A DNA stretch of 64,000 nt from Macrostomum lignano (taxonomy: Eukaryota). Position 1 is the first letter of the stretch. Each line of letters begins with the position of its first letter. The stretch is from the NCBI GenBank assembly GCA_002269645.1, contig NIVC01000991.1, positions 186,001-250,000 of the forward strand, in the 5' to 3' direction. Below, one piece after another: positions 46,900 to 60,469 of the stretch. The notes under the pieces are model-generated. The model was not told where the DNA came from. It did no database searches and was given only the letters and a program-made list of their open reading frames with translations. The translations under genes were made by a program, and so were the position numbers.

Positions 46900-47350
46900 G
46901 GCAGTAGAGAAGGAGAGGACAGAGAAAGAGAGAGAGCAAAGAAGGAGAGGGTGGAGTCAGAGAGAGAGTGTGTACACGGAGAGGGTAGAGTCAGGGAAGG
47001 AGAGGGTGGAGTCAAAGAGTCGGAGAGACAGCAGGAAAGGAGAGGGTGGAGTCAGAGACGGTAGAGAAGGAGAGGGTAGAGTCAGAGAGTCGGAGAGACA
47101 GCAGGGAAGGAGAGGGTGGAGTCAGAGACAGTAGAGAATTGGAGAGGGTAGAGTCAGAGAGAGAGTCTGTACACGGAGAGGGTAGAGTCAGAGAGAGAGT
47201 CTGTACACGGAGAGGGTAGAGTCAGGGAAGGAGAGGGTGGAGTCAGAGACAGAAAGAGACAGTAGAGAATTGGAGAGGGTAGAGTCAGAGAGAGAGAGAG
47301 AGTCTGTACACGGAGAGGGTAGTCAGTGGGAGAGACAGTAGAGACGGAGC
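46900..47350. repeat. GA-rich degenerate repeat (GGAGAGGGTAGAGTCAGAGAG)
   Basis: Direct reading. Confidence 0.85.
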
Positions 47351-47507
47351 AGAGAAGGTAGAGTGCCGCTCTTGTGCCCGAGCTGGTGCATAAATATAGC
47401 TAAAAGCTGCTAAGATAGATAAGATAAAGTCAGCCCAGTTGTTCAACAGGTTAAAAATCTGTAAACCTTTGGTTTCTAACGGCCGTTAGCTCGCTCACTG
47501 CGAAGGC

Positions 47508-49676
47508 ATGTCTCTAAATTGGCGGGACTGGCCGGTGCCTCTACACTCGTCGGCTGAAGTGCTGGCTGAACTTGCTGAAAATTTCCAATTCTACGATGAC
47601 GACATTTTGGTGAACACTTTTCCCAAATGCGGAACCACCCTGGTGCAAGAGATCGTGTCCTGTCTGGTGTTGGGACCGGAGCGGACTCGAACTACGGACC
47701 TTAAATTGAGATCGCCATTTATAGATTTGAATTTGCCGCCGGAACTGCCGGTTCCAAGGCCGATTGATGGGGCTAAGAAGCTGGACAGGCCTCGGGTGTT
47801 GAAGACGCATCTGCCGCCTGCCTTTCATATGCGGCATCTGGTGAGAATAATGCCGCGGCTTCATTCGGGATCGAAGGGCGGGGCAGTTCGTTTAAATGGT
47901 AAAGTAAATGGTAGTGTCAAGCCATAATTGTAGGCATAGTCCAATTTAAATGCATACTAGTAGCTATCCTATATCTTTCTAAATAGTTAAATCCATATAC
48001 TAAAACTTGTCTTTAAAAAGCTACAATCAGTTTTTAAGCCAAGGTCTAGCTTTTTAAGGCTAAGAGTATCTGTATGCAACAAAAAGGAATAACAGAGTTG
48101 AAAATGTTTTTTTTCCTATCCCCGCAGTGTATTTTTCCTAGGAAATTTGCCTTCTAAAAATTACACAGTTTTACTACAGTGGTCCTTAAAAGTACAACAT
48201 GTAAAAGTGCACCAGGACATAAAAGTACATCAATCTGTAAAAGTACGTCAATGTAAAAGTACATCAATCAGTAAAAGTACATCAATGTAAAAGTACCTAA
48301 ATGTAAAAGTACAATAATGTATAAAGTACAATAAAAGTACATCGGTGACCGATGCCGCTCTGATTGATGTAGGTGGCGCCATCTGGTCCGCGCAACATCA
48401 TAGTGATGCGCAATCCAAAAGACGCCATTGTGTCAACCTATCATCACATGACATCCGCCAGGCGCGACGAGCTGTCGGGTGTGCCGCAGGAGTTCTCCCA
48501 GTTCTGGCGGATGATGCTAGGAATCCCCGGCGGTGCCGAGAATACCGAAATTGTTGTGCATGATTTTTTCGACTTCAATCTGTCCTGGTGGTCGATGCGA
48601 AGGCATTCCAGGGTGCTTATTTTGTTCTACGAAGATCTGATTGTGGACAAGACTGCTGAGGTAAAATATCTGACTAACTATAGTTATGGTCCTGCAAAGT
48701 TTTTTAAGAGTCTTTCTAGAAGAATTGTTGATGCTGATGAGAATTTTCCCTAAAAATTGCCCCTAAGAATCGCCCTTAAAAACTTACCTTAAAAATTGTC
48801 TTACAAATTGCCCTTAAAATTAGTTAACCTTAAAGATGGCCCTAAGAAACAATTCTAAAAATCGCATCTGAGAATCGCCTCTAAAAATCGCCCCTAAGAA
48901 TTGCCTCTAAAAATCGCCTCTGAGAATCGCCTCTAAAAATCGACCCTAAGAATCGCCTCTAAAAATCGCCCCTAAGAATTGCCTCTAAAAATCGCCTTTG
49001 AGAATCGCCTCTAAAAATCGCCTCTGAGAATCGCCTCTAAAAATCGCCCCTAAGAATCGCCTCAAAAATCGCCCCTAAGAATCGCCTCTAAAAATCGGCC
49101 CTAAGAATCGCCTCTAAAAATCGGCCCGAAGAATCGCCTCTAAAAATCGTCCCTAAGAATCACCACTAAGAATCGCGCCTAAGAATCGCCTCTAAAAATC
49201 GGCCCGAAGAATCGCCTCTAAAAATCGTCCCTAAGAATCACCACTAAGAATCGCGCCTAAGAATCGCCTCTAAAAATCGGCCCTAAGAATCGCCTCTAAA
49301 AATCGGCCCGAAGAATCGCCTCTAAAAATCGTCCCTAAGAATCACCACTAAGAATCGCCCCTAAGAATCGCCTCTAAAAATCGCCTACTACAACGAAACG
49401 CAGGTGAAGCGGATGGCCGAATTCCTATCCACCCCGCTGACCGAAGCCCTGCTGCACTCGGTGCTACAGCAGACCAGCTTCTCCGCAATGCAGTCCAACC
49501 CGATGGTGAACATCACGCTGACCGATCCCGAGCGCTGGCGTCCCGGCTCAAATTTTATTCGTCGCGGTGAAATCGGCGACTGGAAACGGCATTTCTCCGC
49601 TGAGGATGCCGAGCTGGTTGACGGAATTATTGAGGAGAAATTGGCCGGCTCGGGTTTGCAATTTCGCTACGAGTGA
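47508..49676 (+). CDS. Cytosolic sulfotransferase (SULT1-like, Sulfotransfer_1)
   Basis: Exons 47508-47840, 48373-48660, 49404-49676, all phase 0; motifs DDILVNTFPKCGTT (PAPS 5' site), RVLKTHLP, VMRNPKDAIVSTYH, LFYEDL, FIRRGEIGDWKRHF. Confidence 0.93.
48760..49385. repeat. Intronic minisatellite, ~26 bp (AAGAATCGCCTCTAAAAATCGCCCCT)
   Basis: Direct tandem repeat ending ~20 bp before the acceptor. Confidence 0.9.
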
Positions 49677-49799
49677 ATGTGAACTCAATCTAATCTTTTA
49701 TGACTGCCTAATGGGCCGTTAAAAGTGCACATTGTGCTTTAATTATTAATGAGTCATCTATGAGTAGATGTATGTAACAGGAATTGTAATGCCTATGCA

Positions 49800-50340
49800 T
49801 AGGAGTGTCTTGGGTGCAGTGAGACTGTCTGGGTGTGGGACTGTCTTGGGTGCAGTGAGACTGTCTGGGTGTGGGACTGTCTGGGTGTGAGACTGTCTGG
49901 GTGTGGGACTTTATGGGTGTGAGACTGTCTGGGTGTGGGACTTTATGAGTGTGAGACTGTCTAGGTGTGGGACTGTCTTAGGTGTGGGACTGTCTTGGGT
50001 GCAGTGAGACTGTCTGGGTGTGGGACTGTCTGGGTGTGGGGACTGTCTAGGTGTGAGACTGTCTAGTTGTGGGACTGTATGGGTATGGGATTGTCTGGGT
50101 GTGGGACGGTATATGGTGTGGGACTGTCTGGGTGTGGGACTTTATGGGTGTGAGACTGTCTAGTTGTGGGACTGTATGGGTATGGGATTGTCTGGGTGTG
50201 GGACGGTATATGGTGTGGGACTGTCTGGGTGTGGGACTTTATGGGTGTGAGACTGTCTAGTTGTGGGACTGTATGGGTATGGGATTGTCTGGGTGTGGGA
50301 CGGTATATGGTGTGGGATTGTCTGGATATTGGACTGTATT
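49800..50340. repeat. GT-rich degenerate minisatellite (GTGAGACTGTCTGGGTGTGGGACT)
   Basis: Direct reading. Confidence 0.9.
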
Positions 50341-51082
50341 TGTTATGATTAATTATTTTTCGATTTAGTGAATTCAAGATCGCTACAAAAGTTGCCATGT
50401 TTTCGTAAACTGCGTTTTTTTTATTTTTTTGCTATCATTTACAAAAAAATATAAATTTAAATTATCTAAATTTACAATAATATTGCAAGAATAGATTAAT
50501 TATCAAACACGTAGGCTCGCTTTTTGTCAGCGTATTTGTTTTACGCTTTTCAAATTTTCGAAAGTTAAAAAGGAAAAAAGAGAGTAGAATCCGAAAGAGG
50601 GAGAGGCAGTAGGGAAGGAGAGGGTATGAGCTCGTGGATTCAGATATTCCTAAAATGATAGCTATTGATAAATTACACTAGCCAAGCATCCAGTCAGGAA
50701 CTGTGGTTTTCTTTCGTATTTGTGCATTTTCAACACACTGTGTGCCCTTTGTGCATTGCAGTATGTGCGAAAATGAAATTTTCTAATGCAACCCAAAGAC
50801 GAATAGCTAAGATTTGCAATACGAACGGAATTATGGTGTTTGTTAAATCCGCTTCCCTCGTCCCTCTACAGTACTTTCTAGAATTTCGCGCGCCATCAAG
50901 TAAACTTTGGGGGACTGCGATGACTGGCTTCCCTAGCAGAACATGCGGATGCCCAATGATGGGGCAAGGCGATCTTCTATCTAGGTCAGGAAGAGTAAGC
51001 ATTCTTGCTTTAATCCATTTGCTTCTGGAAAGAAAAATTTTATTTTCTAGGAAGCATCGCATTTACATTTACTAGTTTCTGA

Positions 51083-52122
51083 AGTGTCTATGGTTTGTGG
51101 AGTGTCTATGGTTTGTGAAGTATCTATGGTTTGTGGAGTGTCTATGGTTTGTGGAGTGTCTATGGTTTGTGGCGTGTCTATGGTTTGTGGAGTGTCTATG
51201 GTTTGTGGAGTGTCTATGGTTTGTGGAGTGTCTATGGTTTCTGAGGTGTCTATGGTTTGTGGAGTGTCTATGGTTTGTGGTGTGTCTATGGTTTGTGAAG
51301 TGTCTATGGTTTGTGGTGTGTCTATCGTTTGTGGAGTGTCTATGGTTTGTGGTGTGTCTATCGTTTGTGGAGTGTCTATGGTTTGTGGTGTGTCTATCGT
51401 TTGTGAAGTGTCTATGGTTTGTGGAGTGTCTATGGTTTGTGGTGTGTCTATCGTTTGTGAAGTGTCTATGGTTTGTGGAGTGTCTATGGTTTGTGGAGTG
51501 TCTATGGTTTGTGGTGTGTCTATGGTTTGTGGAGTGTCTATGGTTTGTGGTGTGTCTATCGTTTGTGGAGTGTCTATGGTTTGTGGTGTGTCTATCGTTT
51601 GTGGAGTGTCTATGGTTTGTGGTGTGTCTATCGTTTGTGAAGTTTCTATGGTTTGTGGAGTGTCTATGGTTTGTGGTGTGTCTATCGTTTGTGAAGTGTC
51701 TATGGTTTGTGGAGTGTCTATGGTTTGTGGAGTGTCTATGGTTTGTGGTGTGTCTATGGTTTGTGGTGTGTCTATGGTTTGTGGAGTGTCTATGGTTTGT
51801 ATAGTGTCTATGGTTTGTGAAGTGTCTATGGTTTGTGAAGTATCTATGGTTTGTGAAGTGTCTATGGTTTGTGAAGTGTCTATGGTTTGTGAAGTTTCTA
51901 TGGTTTGTGGTGTGTCTATGGTTTGTGGAGTGTCTATGGTTTGTGGTGTGTCTATGGTTTGTGGTGTGTCTATGGTTTGTGGAGTGTCTATGGTTTGTAT
52001 AGTGTCTATGGTTTGTGAAGTGTCTATGGTTTGTGAAGTATCTATGGTTTGTGAAGTGTCTATGGTTTGTGAAGTGTCTATGGTTTGTGAAGTTTCTATG
52101 GTTTGTGGTGTGTCTATGGTTG
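51083..52122. repeat. Minisatellite, 18 bp (GTGTCTATGGTTTGTGGA)
   Basis: Direct tandem repeat. Confidence 0.95.
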
Positions 52123-52669
52123 GAAAGCGTCTTTTGTTTATCTAGTGCTTTAACACCTTCCCTGCGGCCAACTCTAACACATAGATAAATACTGCTATAT
52201 TTATCTGCCAGTCTTGCTCAAAGCCCCTACATGTATAGCCATATTGAGTATAGTAAACTCCCAGTTAAAAGCTGTAAAATGATCTTTCCGATTTTACATC
52301 CGTGCGTGCATAAGAGTGGCAGGCGGCGAAGGCAGGAAGAAGGAAGTGCAAGGCAAGGGAGATTCCTCATCGCTTGTTGTAGTGAGAGAGACGAGAGGCA
52401 TAAAATATAACTGCGTTCCATCCGTCCATCCATCAGTCATGCTTCCTATATAGACTTCCTATATGTTTTACTTTACATATGCTACGAGTACTATACTAGT
52501 TATTTATCTTTAGTAAGTCCTCAACTTTTTGGTGTTTTATTATCTCTTTTCTCGGCTTTGTCTCTTATCTTCTATTTAAGGCTCGCTAAATATTCAAAAT
52601 TTTTATATGATTTAGCACTCAATGATGTGGCTATTCGAAGGCTTGGTAAGCGAAGTGTGTCACAGGGCG

Positions 52670-53045
52670 CTAGAGTGACCGTGTGTGCGTGTCAAAGGGC
52701 GTCAAAGTGACCTCGTGTGTGTGTCACAGTTCGCTAAAGTGACCGTGTGTGTGTCACAGGGCGTCAAAGTGACCGTGTGTGTGTCACAGTTCGCTAAAGT
52801 GACCGTGTGTGTGAGTCACAGGGCGCTAAAGTGACCGTGTGTGTGAGTCACAGGGCGCTAAAGTGACCGTGTGTGTGAGTCACAGGGCGCTAAAGTGACC
52901 GTGTGTGTTTCACAGTTCGCTAAAGTGACCTTGTGTGTGAGTCACAGGGCGCTAAAATGACCGTGTGTGGGCCAAAGGGCGCTTAAGTGACTGAGTGTGA
53001 CATTGGTGCCAAAGTTACTGCGAGTGTCATTGGGCGCCAATGTCA
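52670..53045. repeat. Minisatellite, ~30-32 bp (AAAGTGACCGTGTGTGTGAGTCACAGGGCGCT)
   Basis: Tandem; each unit has a GTGAC...GTCAC inverted pair. Confidence 0.85.
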
Positions 53046-53884
53046 CAGTGTTCCAAATGTACGTTAGACTCTAATATAACTCATATGATAAAATAATTCG
53101 TAAAGCCCATGCGCTGTTAAAAAATCGAGCCAAATAATGTCACGCTGCCTTCTCAACCTCGCATGTATCCGTCATTGGCTACATACTCGTAATTAAGCTT
53201 CTAAATAATCCATAATCCCCGAGTACCAATGCTTCATCATTAATCTATGTCTTCAGCTGTGTCGCTATCGAATATATCCGATTTGCATAATTCTTATCAG
53301 AATACAGGATTGTCTATAAATAGACTCAAGTGCTTTTGCAACATCCTCTTAATCCCCTTTAAGGCCCTCAAAAAGAAGTCTGAGAGCATTGAACCTCAGC
53401 AGTTCAATTGTTTGAAAATTTGTTTGAATGGAAAATCTGCATGCCTCCTGAAACCTGCATGCCTGTTTCTCATTCAAACCTGCAGAGTTTGAAGAGGGGG
53501 GGGGGAGTTGGTGGCGATGGAATGAATTGAGAGAGGACAGAGATGAGGCTGCATGTCGACGATGGGGAACGGGGGAGACTGCGCTGTGAGTGTGCACTTT
53601 TAACCCGCTTCCAGACGGAGTCGGAGGGGGAGGCTGGTGGACACTCGGGCAGAATTCCACTTTTTGCACCATTCAAACCCATAATTTGCATTTTTTTGTA
53701 CACAACAGTCTTGTCTGCGTTTGAATTTTATATGAAACCGTTTGACTTCTAATTCCCACTGATAAAATTTTGCAGTACCCACACCAGTCAAATTCGAAAA
53801 CATTGGTATTATGTGCAATAAAACAAAGGCAAACCTCTAAAACGCAACCCCCATTAAAGGAATTCTTTGAGGCCCTAGATCACG

Positions 53885-55995
53885 ACAGGCCACAAAACAC
53901 GACAGCCCCATCCAAAACACAACAGAACCCTCCAAAACACAACAGCCCCCTCCAAAACACAACAGCCCCATCCAAATCACAACAGCGCCCTCCAAAACAC
54001 AACAGCCCCCTCCAAAACACGACAGCCCCCCCCCAAACACAACAGCCCCCTCCAAGACACAACAGCCCCCTCCAAGACACAACAGCCCCCTCCAAAACAC
54101 AACAGCCCCCCCCCCCAAACACAACAGCCCCCCCCCATAACACAACAGCCCCTCAAAAACATAACAGTCCCCTCCAAAACACAACAGCCCCTCAAAAACA
54201 TAACAGTCCCCTCCAAAACACAACAGCCCCCTCCAAAACACAACAGCCCCCTCCAAAACACAACAGCAACCTCCAAAACACAACAGCAACCTCCAAAACA
54301 CAACAGCGCCCTCCAAAACACAACAGCCCCCTCCAAAACACAACAGCCCCATCCAAATCACAACAGCGCCCTCCAAAACACAACAGCACCCTCCAAAACA
54401 CAACAGCGCCCTCCAAAACACAACAGCACCTCCAAAACACAACAGCACCCTCCAAAACACAACAGCGCCCTCCAAAACACAACAGCCCCCTCCAAAACAC
54501 AACAGCCCCCTCCAAAACACAACAGCACCTCCAAAACACAACAGCCCCCCCCCAAACACAACAGCCTCCCCAAACACAACAGCCCCCTCCAAAACACAAC
54601 AGCCCCCCCAAAACACAACAGCCCCCTCCAAAACACAACAGCCCCCTCCAAAACACAACAGCGCCCTCCAAAACACAACAGCCCCCTCCAAAACACAACA
54701 GCCCCCCCAAAACACAACAGCCCCCTCCAAACACAACAGCCCCCCCCAAACACAACAGCCCCCTCCAAAACACAACAGCCCCCTCCAAAACACAACAGCC
54801 CCCTCCAAAACACAACAGCCCCATCCAAATCACAACAGCGCCCTCCAAAACACAACAGCACCCTCCAAAACACAACAGCGCCCTCCAAAACACAACAGCC
54901 CCCTCCAAAACACAACAGCCCCATCCAAATCACAACAGCGCCCTCCAAAACACAACAGCGCCCTCCAAAACACAACAGCACCCTCCAAAACACAACAGCG
55001 CCCTCCAAAACACAACAGCCCCCCCCCCAAACACAACAGCCCCCTCCAAAACACAACAGCCCCATCCAAATCACAACAGCGCCTTCCAAAACACAACAGC
55101 ACCCTCTAAAACACAACAGCGCCCTCCAAATCACAACAGCGCCCTCCAAATCACAACAGCGCCCTCCAAAACACAATAGCAACCTCCAAAACACAACAGC
55201 GCCCTCCAAAACACAACAGCCCCCTCCAAAACACAACAGCGCCCTCCAAATCACAACAGCGCCCTCCAAAACACAACAGCACCCTCCAAAACACAACAGC
55301 GCCCTCCAAAACACAACAGCCCCCTCCAAAACACAACAGCCCCCCCCCAAAACACAACAGCCCCATCCAAATCACAACAGCGCCCTCCAAAACACAACAG
55401 CGCCCTCCAAAACACAACAGCACCCTCCAAAACACAACAGCGCCCTCCAAAACACAACAGCCCCCCCCCAAACACAACAGCCCCTCCAAAACACAACAGC
55501 CCCATCCAAATCACAACAGCGCCCTCCAAAACACAACAGCACCCTCCAAAACACAACAGCGCCCTCCAAAACACAACAGCGCCCTCCAAAACACAACAGC
55601 ACCTCCAAAACACAACAGCCCCCCCCCAAAACACAACAGCCCCCTCCAAACACAACAGCCCCCCCAAACACAACAGCCCCCTCCAAAACACAACAGCACC
55701 CTCCAAAACACAACAGCGCCCTCCAAAAAACAACAGCCCCCTCCCAAACACAACAGCCCCATCCAAATCACAACAGCACCCTCCAAAACACAATAGCAAC
55801 CTCCAAAACACAACAGCGCCCTCCAAAACACAACAGCCCCCTCCAAAACACAACAGCGCCCTCCAAATCACAACAGCGCCCTCCAAAACACAATAGCAAC
55901 CTCCAAAACACAACAGCGCCCTCCAAAACACAACAGCACCTCCAAAACACAACAGCGCCCCCCAAAACACGATAGAGCCGCCAAAAACACGATAG
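53885..55995. repeat. Minisatellite, 19-20 bp (CTCCAAAACACAACAGC(G/C/A)CC)
   Basis: Direct tandem repeat. Confidence 0.95.
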
Positions 55996-56899
55996 CCCCA
56001 CTAATAAACAATCACAACAAACCTCCTAACGACTATTCCAAATCTTAACATCCACAGTCTTAAAACTTCATGACAACATCCAAGCACGGCAAGTACAAGA
56101 ATCGTTCTTCATCTTTTTCTCGCGTCCCTCTCTGAGGCTGGTTTGCACTTTTACGATCAAGTGTTTCGCAGACACTGCGCGGGAAACTGTCTCGGGGACT
56201 GGACAGAGGGGAGATTGCTTCTGCCTAGCAACTAGGCTATCAGCAGCAGCAGCAGCTTTTAGAATTTCACGCCGCTATATGCCAGCAACACAGTTTGTTT
56301 CTATGCACCAATCCAACACTAACCCGGGTTGACAGCTTCTAGATACAAAACATCAATCTATCTATCCTACATCCAAGAATATTCTAGTATACAACTCCAG
56401 GGCTTAAATAGTTAGGCCACACAGACGCGGCTATTGCCTATATAATCCCTGTCCTCCCCCGCCGCTTTCGCTTCGCTCTTCCGCTCAACTGTTCCCAATA
56501 GCAGCGCTTCGGGGGCCAGATGAGCTGGGGAGAGAGAGAGAGCGAGAGGTGGGTAAGGAGAAGTATTCGATTTCCAATCGGAACTGCCTCAGTGATTCCG
56601 TCAGTCTCTCCTTACCCGTTCGAGAGCTCAAACTCACTTTGGTCGGGAAAGAGTGAGAGCTTTGAGCACAGAAAATTGGGGACTTAAGGCGGCCATGCGA
56701 TATAAAATATATATAATATAGGGGGGATTATACACACCTACCGCAGACTGGCGGCCCTGTCCGACCGACTTAGCAGCGACCTCCATGGTTGTCCAATTTG
56801 AGTTTATGCGATTGAGAACCTTGATTGCATATAGAGCTATAGAAATCGGGATGGAGATGGATATGAAGATAGCTGGGTTCCATGAAGCATTAGAGAAAG

Positions 56900-57220
56900 T
56901 TTTACAGCTACAGCATTACAGCTACAGCATTACAGCTACAGATTTACAGCTACAGCATTCAGCTACAGCTTTACAGCTACAGCATTACAGCTACAGATTT
57001 ACAGCTACAGCATTACAGCTACAGCATTACAGCTACAGATTTACAGCTACAGCTTTGCAGCTACAGTTTTACAGCTATAGCATTACAGCTACAGATTTAC
57101 AGCTACAGCTTTGCAGCTACAGTTTTACAGCTACAGCATTACAGCTACAGCATTACAGCTACAGATTTACAGCTACAGCTTTACAGCTAGAGCTTTACAG
57201 CTACAGCATTACAGCTACAG
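56900..57220. repeat. Degenerate (TACAGC)n repeat
   Basis: Direct reading. Confidence 0.9.
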
Positions 57221-57479
57221 CAAGACCCAATGGAGCAGGCCTGATAGTCTAAAATTCTCCACCATCTCAGCAGCAGCAGCAGCCTGCACCCTATACTTGA
57301 GCAAAAGTGCTGGAAGCCATTCCGAGTCGACAACACTCGAAACTGTTTGCTTTAAATCAGCCAGGAGTACCATCTGCAGTTCCTTGAAGTGACACGTCGG
57401 TCTCAGGCACGTTGAATAATAATGACATTGTGATATTGCGTATCAAATGCAGTATCGCCTCGTGGTTCCGAATTGCTGT

Positions 57480-58070
57480 TGATGCATGTGGACAGGTCCA
57501 GCGCGTCGCTCTGAAGTACCAGCGGCCCAGGCTCGATTCCAAGTGCAGACACATTAAATTTGGGGGCTAAACTGGAATCTCGGCCAGGCTCTGCTCGTGC
57601 AATTAACGGCCTTGAAGGCCAACCCCCAAGGCACAGTGAAGTGTACATGCCTAACGATAAATAGTGTTAGGGCCGCTGCACACCCCTCTTATGACTGCGT
57701 ACGTATCCTGCTTAGGGCGGTGGGCGGAATGGGCAGCAATGCCTCTCTCCGATTGTGTGACATGTCGCTTTAAGTGCGCCAGAGTGTACACAGCCTCTAG
57801 GAGAATCTTTTTAGCTGTATGCTTTCCATACTGATTTTTCCTAACCATGTCTATGGTAAAACCCACAGAGAGAGTAAAATGCCTATCTAAGCCAAGCTGT
57901 ACATGCAATCTATAACGAAAAAGAATCAGTCAGCCTGCAAATATCGCATTCAACTGACTGGATTTTTCTAGTTGCGGACGCAGTGTTCTAACCTAACCTA
58001 GCCCCTGCATAGATGGGTGGATTAGCCCTGCACGTCTGTGGGGGCTGGGTAATGAATAATAAATGCAAAG
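57480..58070 (+). mobile_element. Probable degenerate tRNA-derived SINE
   Basis: B-box-like GGCTCGATTCC at ~57530, followed by the body segment shared with 5567-5616; the 3' limit is a guess. Confidence 0.4.
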
Positions 58071-58394
58071 GGGGAGGAATCTCCCTCACTGTCCTCACTG
58101 CAGTGGCTATAGACTTATAACCTGTCTTGCTATGCCTATCGGTTTTTTTAATCTTGTGGGGAAGCTATGCGTGTGGCCAAGCGCGTGTACGCTTGCAAGC
58201 ACGCCTGGCTGTTTGGATCGGAGCCTAAAAAAGTTGTTTTAGCGATTCAGAAAGTCATATCCTGCACTAATGATGAATTTATCAACGAATCGTGCTTGCC
58301 TTTAGCAGCAATGGCTCATCGAATGTGCACCGAATCAGACCGCGAGGTACTTGGAAAAACAACTTGTTGGTGACCCCGAAACTCTTCAGCTTCC

Positions 58395-59890
58395 TGCTCC
58401 TGACACTCCTGACACTCCTGACGCTCCTGACACTCCTGATGCTTCTGACACTCCTGATGCTTCTGACACTCCTGATGCTTCTGACACTCCTGATGCTCCT
58501 GACACTCCTGATGCTTCTGACACTCCTGATGCTCCTGACACTCCTGATGCTCCTGACACTCCTGATACTCCTGACACTCCTGACGCTCCTGACACTCCTG
58601 ATGCTTCTGACACTCCTGATGCTCCTGACACTCCTGACACTCCTGATGCTCCTGACACTCCTGATGCTTCTGACACTCCTGATGCTTCTGACACTCCTGA
58701 TGCTCCTGACACTCCTGACACTCCTGATTCTCCTGACACTCCTGGCACTCCTGACTCTCCTGATTCTCCTGACACTCCTGATGCTCCTGACACTCCTGAC
58801 ACTCCTGATGCTCCTGACACTCCTGATGCTTCTGACACTCCTGATGCTTCTGACACTCCTGATGCTCCTGACACTCCTGACACTCCTGATTCTCCTGACA
58901 CTCCTGGCACTCCTGACTCTCCTGATTCTCCTGACACTCCTGACACTCCTGACACTCCTAATTCTCCTGACACTCCTGGCACTCCTGACACTCCTGACAC
59001 TCCTGACACTCCTGACGCTCCTGACACTCCTGGCACTCCTGACACTCCTGACACTCCTGGCACTCCTGACACTCCTGATACTCCTGACACTCCTGATGCT
59101 CCTGACACTCCTGATACTCCTGACGCTCCTGAAACTCCTCAGCTTGAAGCTCCTGACATTCCTGACAACCCTAAGCTTGAAGCTCCTGACACTCCTGACA
59201 CCCCTAAGCTTGACACTCCTGACACTCCTGACACTCCTGATGCTCCTGACACTCCTGATGCTTCTGACACTCCTGATGCTTCTGACACTCCTGATGCTCC
59301 TGACACTCCTGACACTCCTGATGCTCCTGACACTCCTGATGCTTCTGACACTCCTGATGCTTCTGACACTCCTGATGCTTCTGACACTCCTGACACTCCT
59401 GATTCTCCTGACACTCCTGGCACTCCTGACTCTCCTGACACTCCTGACACTCCTAATTCTCCTGACACTCCTGGCACTCTTGACACTCCTGATTCTCCTG
59501 ACACTCCTGGCACTCCTGACACTCCTGACACTCCTGACACTCCTAATTCTCCTGACACTCCTGGCACTCTTGACACTCCTGATTCTCCTGACACTCCTGG
59601 CACTCCTGACACTCCTGGCACTCCTGACACTCCTAATTCTCCTGACACTCCTGGCACTCTTGACACTCCTGATTCTCCTGACACTCCTGGCACTCCTGAC
59701 ACTCCTGGCACTCCTGACACTCCTGACACTCCTGGCACTCCTGACACTCCTGACACTCCTGGCACTCCTGACACTCCTGGCACTCCTGACACTCCTGGCA
59801 CTCCTGACACTCCTGACACTCCTGGCACTCCTGACACTCCTGACACTCCTGGCACTCCTGACACTCCTGGCACTCCTGACACTCCTCAGC
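58395..59890. repeat. 9-bp minisatellite (CTCCTGACA variants)
   Basis: Direct tandem repeat; open in several frames on both strands. Confidence 0.95.
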
Positions 59891-60469
59891 TCCTGAAACA
59901 CTCCCGACAACCTCGCTTTGCGCCCGACATTCGCCGGGACGAAAAACCTGCCTGACACATTTTTAGCCCACAACTTGAGCAGATAGACCAGCGGGCAGTG
60001 AAATCCACTTTAATAATTCATAATTCAATTTGCTCATGAATGACAGACAGTTGCCACCCTCTCACTGCTTGCTGCATCCCTATATATTATTACTGAGGGT
60101 GAGTATTTTTTCAGAGGAAAAATACTGGCATAAATCCTACTTCAGCTGCTCAATGCGTCACAAAATAATATTTTCTAATATTAAATTTTCTCCCAAATCC
60201 TTACGGAATATGCAAGGCAGACTTCCCAAGCTTGGTAAGTAGATTTATGATGCGGATAACGATCTTCCATCCAGATTATTGAGTTTAGGGACTCGGGCGA
60301 GGGTATGGGGAGACACCTCGTTAATCAGATCATGAGATCTCCGTCTCCTAACCTCTGATTCGAAACCTGCCGACGAGAGGGCTGCTCTTTGACAGCCCTG
60401 GCTTAGAAATATGACCAAGTTTATATACCTTTTTTGGGGTATAGCTGCAGAGTTGCCGGATATCCCTAT

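Noticed and set aside
48733-48760. CTGATGAG as a hammerhead ribozyme core
   Set aside because: No downstream GAAA or matching stems I and III.
51084-55970. VSMVCG and NTTAP/KTQQP mucin-like ORFs
   Set aside because: 18-bp and 19-20-bp arrays; the latter shifts frame constantly; no signal peptide or flanking exons found.
53540-56200. CRRW...C and YDQVFRR...W snippets resembling DIRS/Ngaro gag
   Set aside because: Short, interrupted by stops, in the wrong order and separated by a 2-kb minisatellite.
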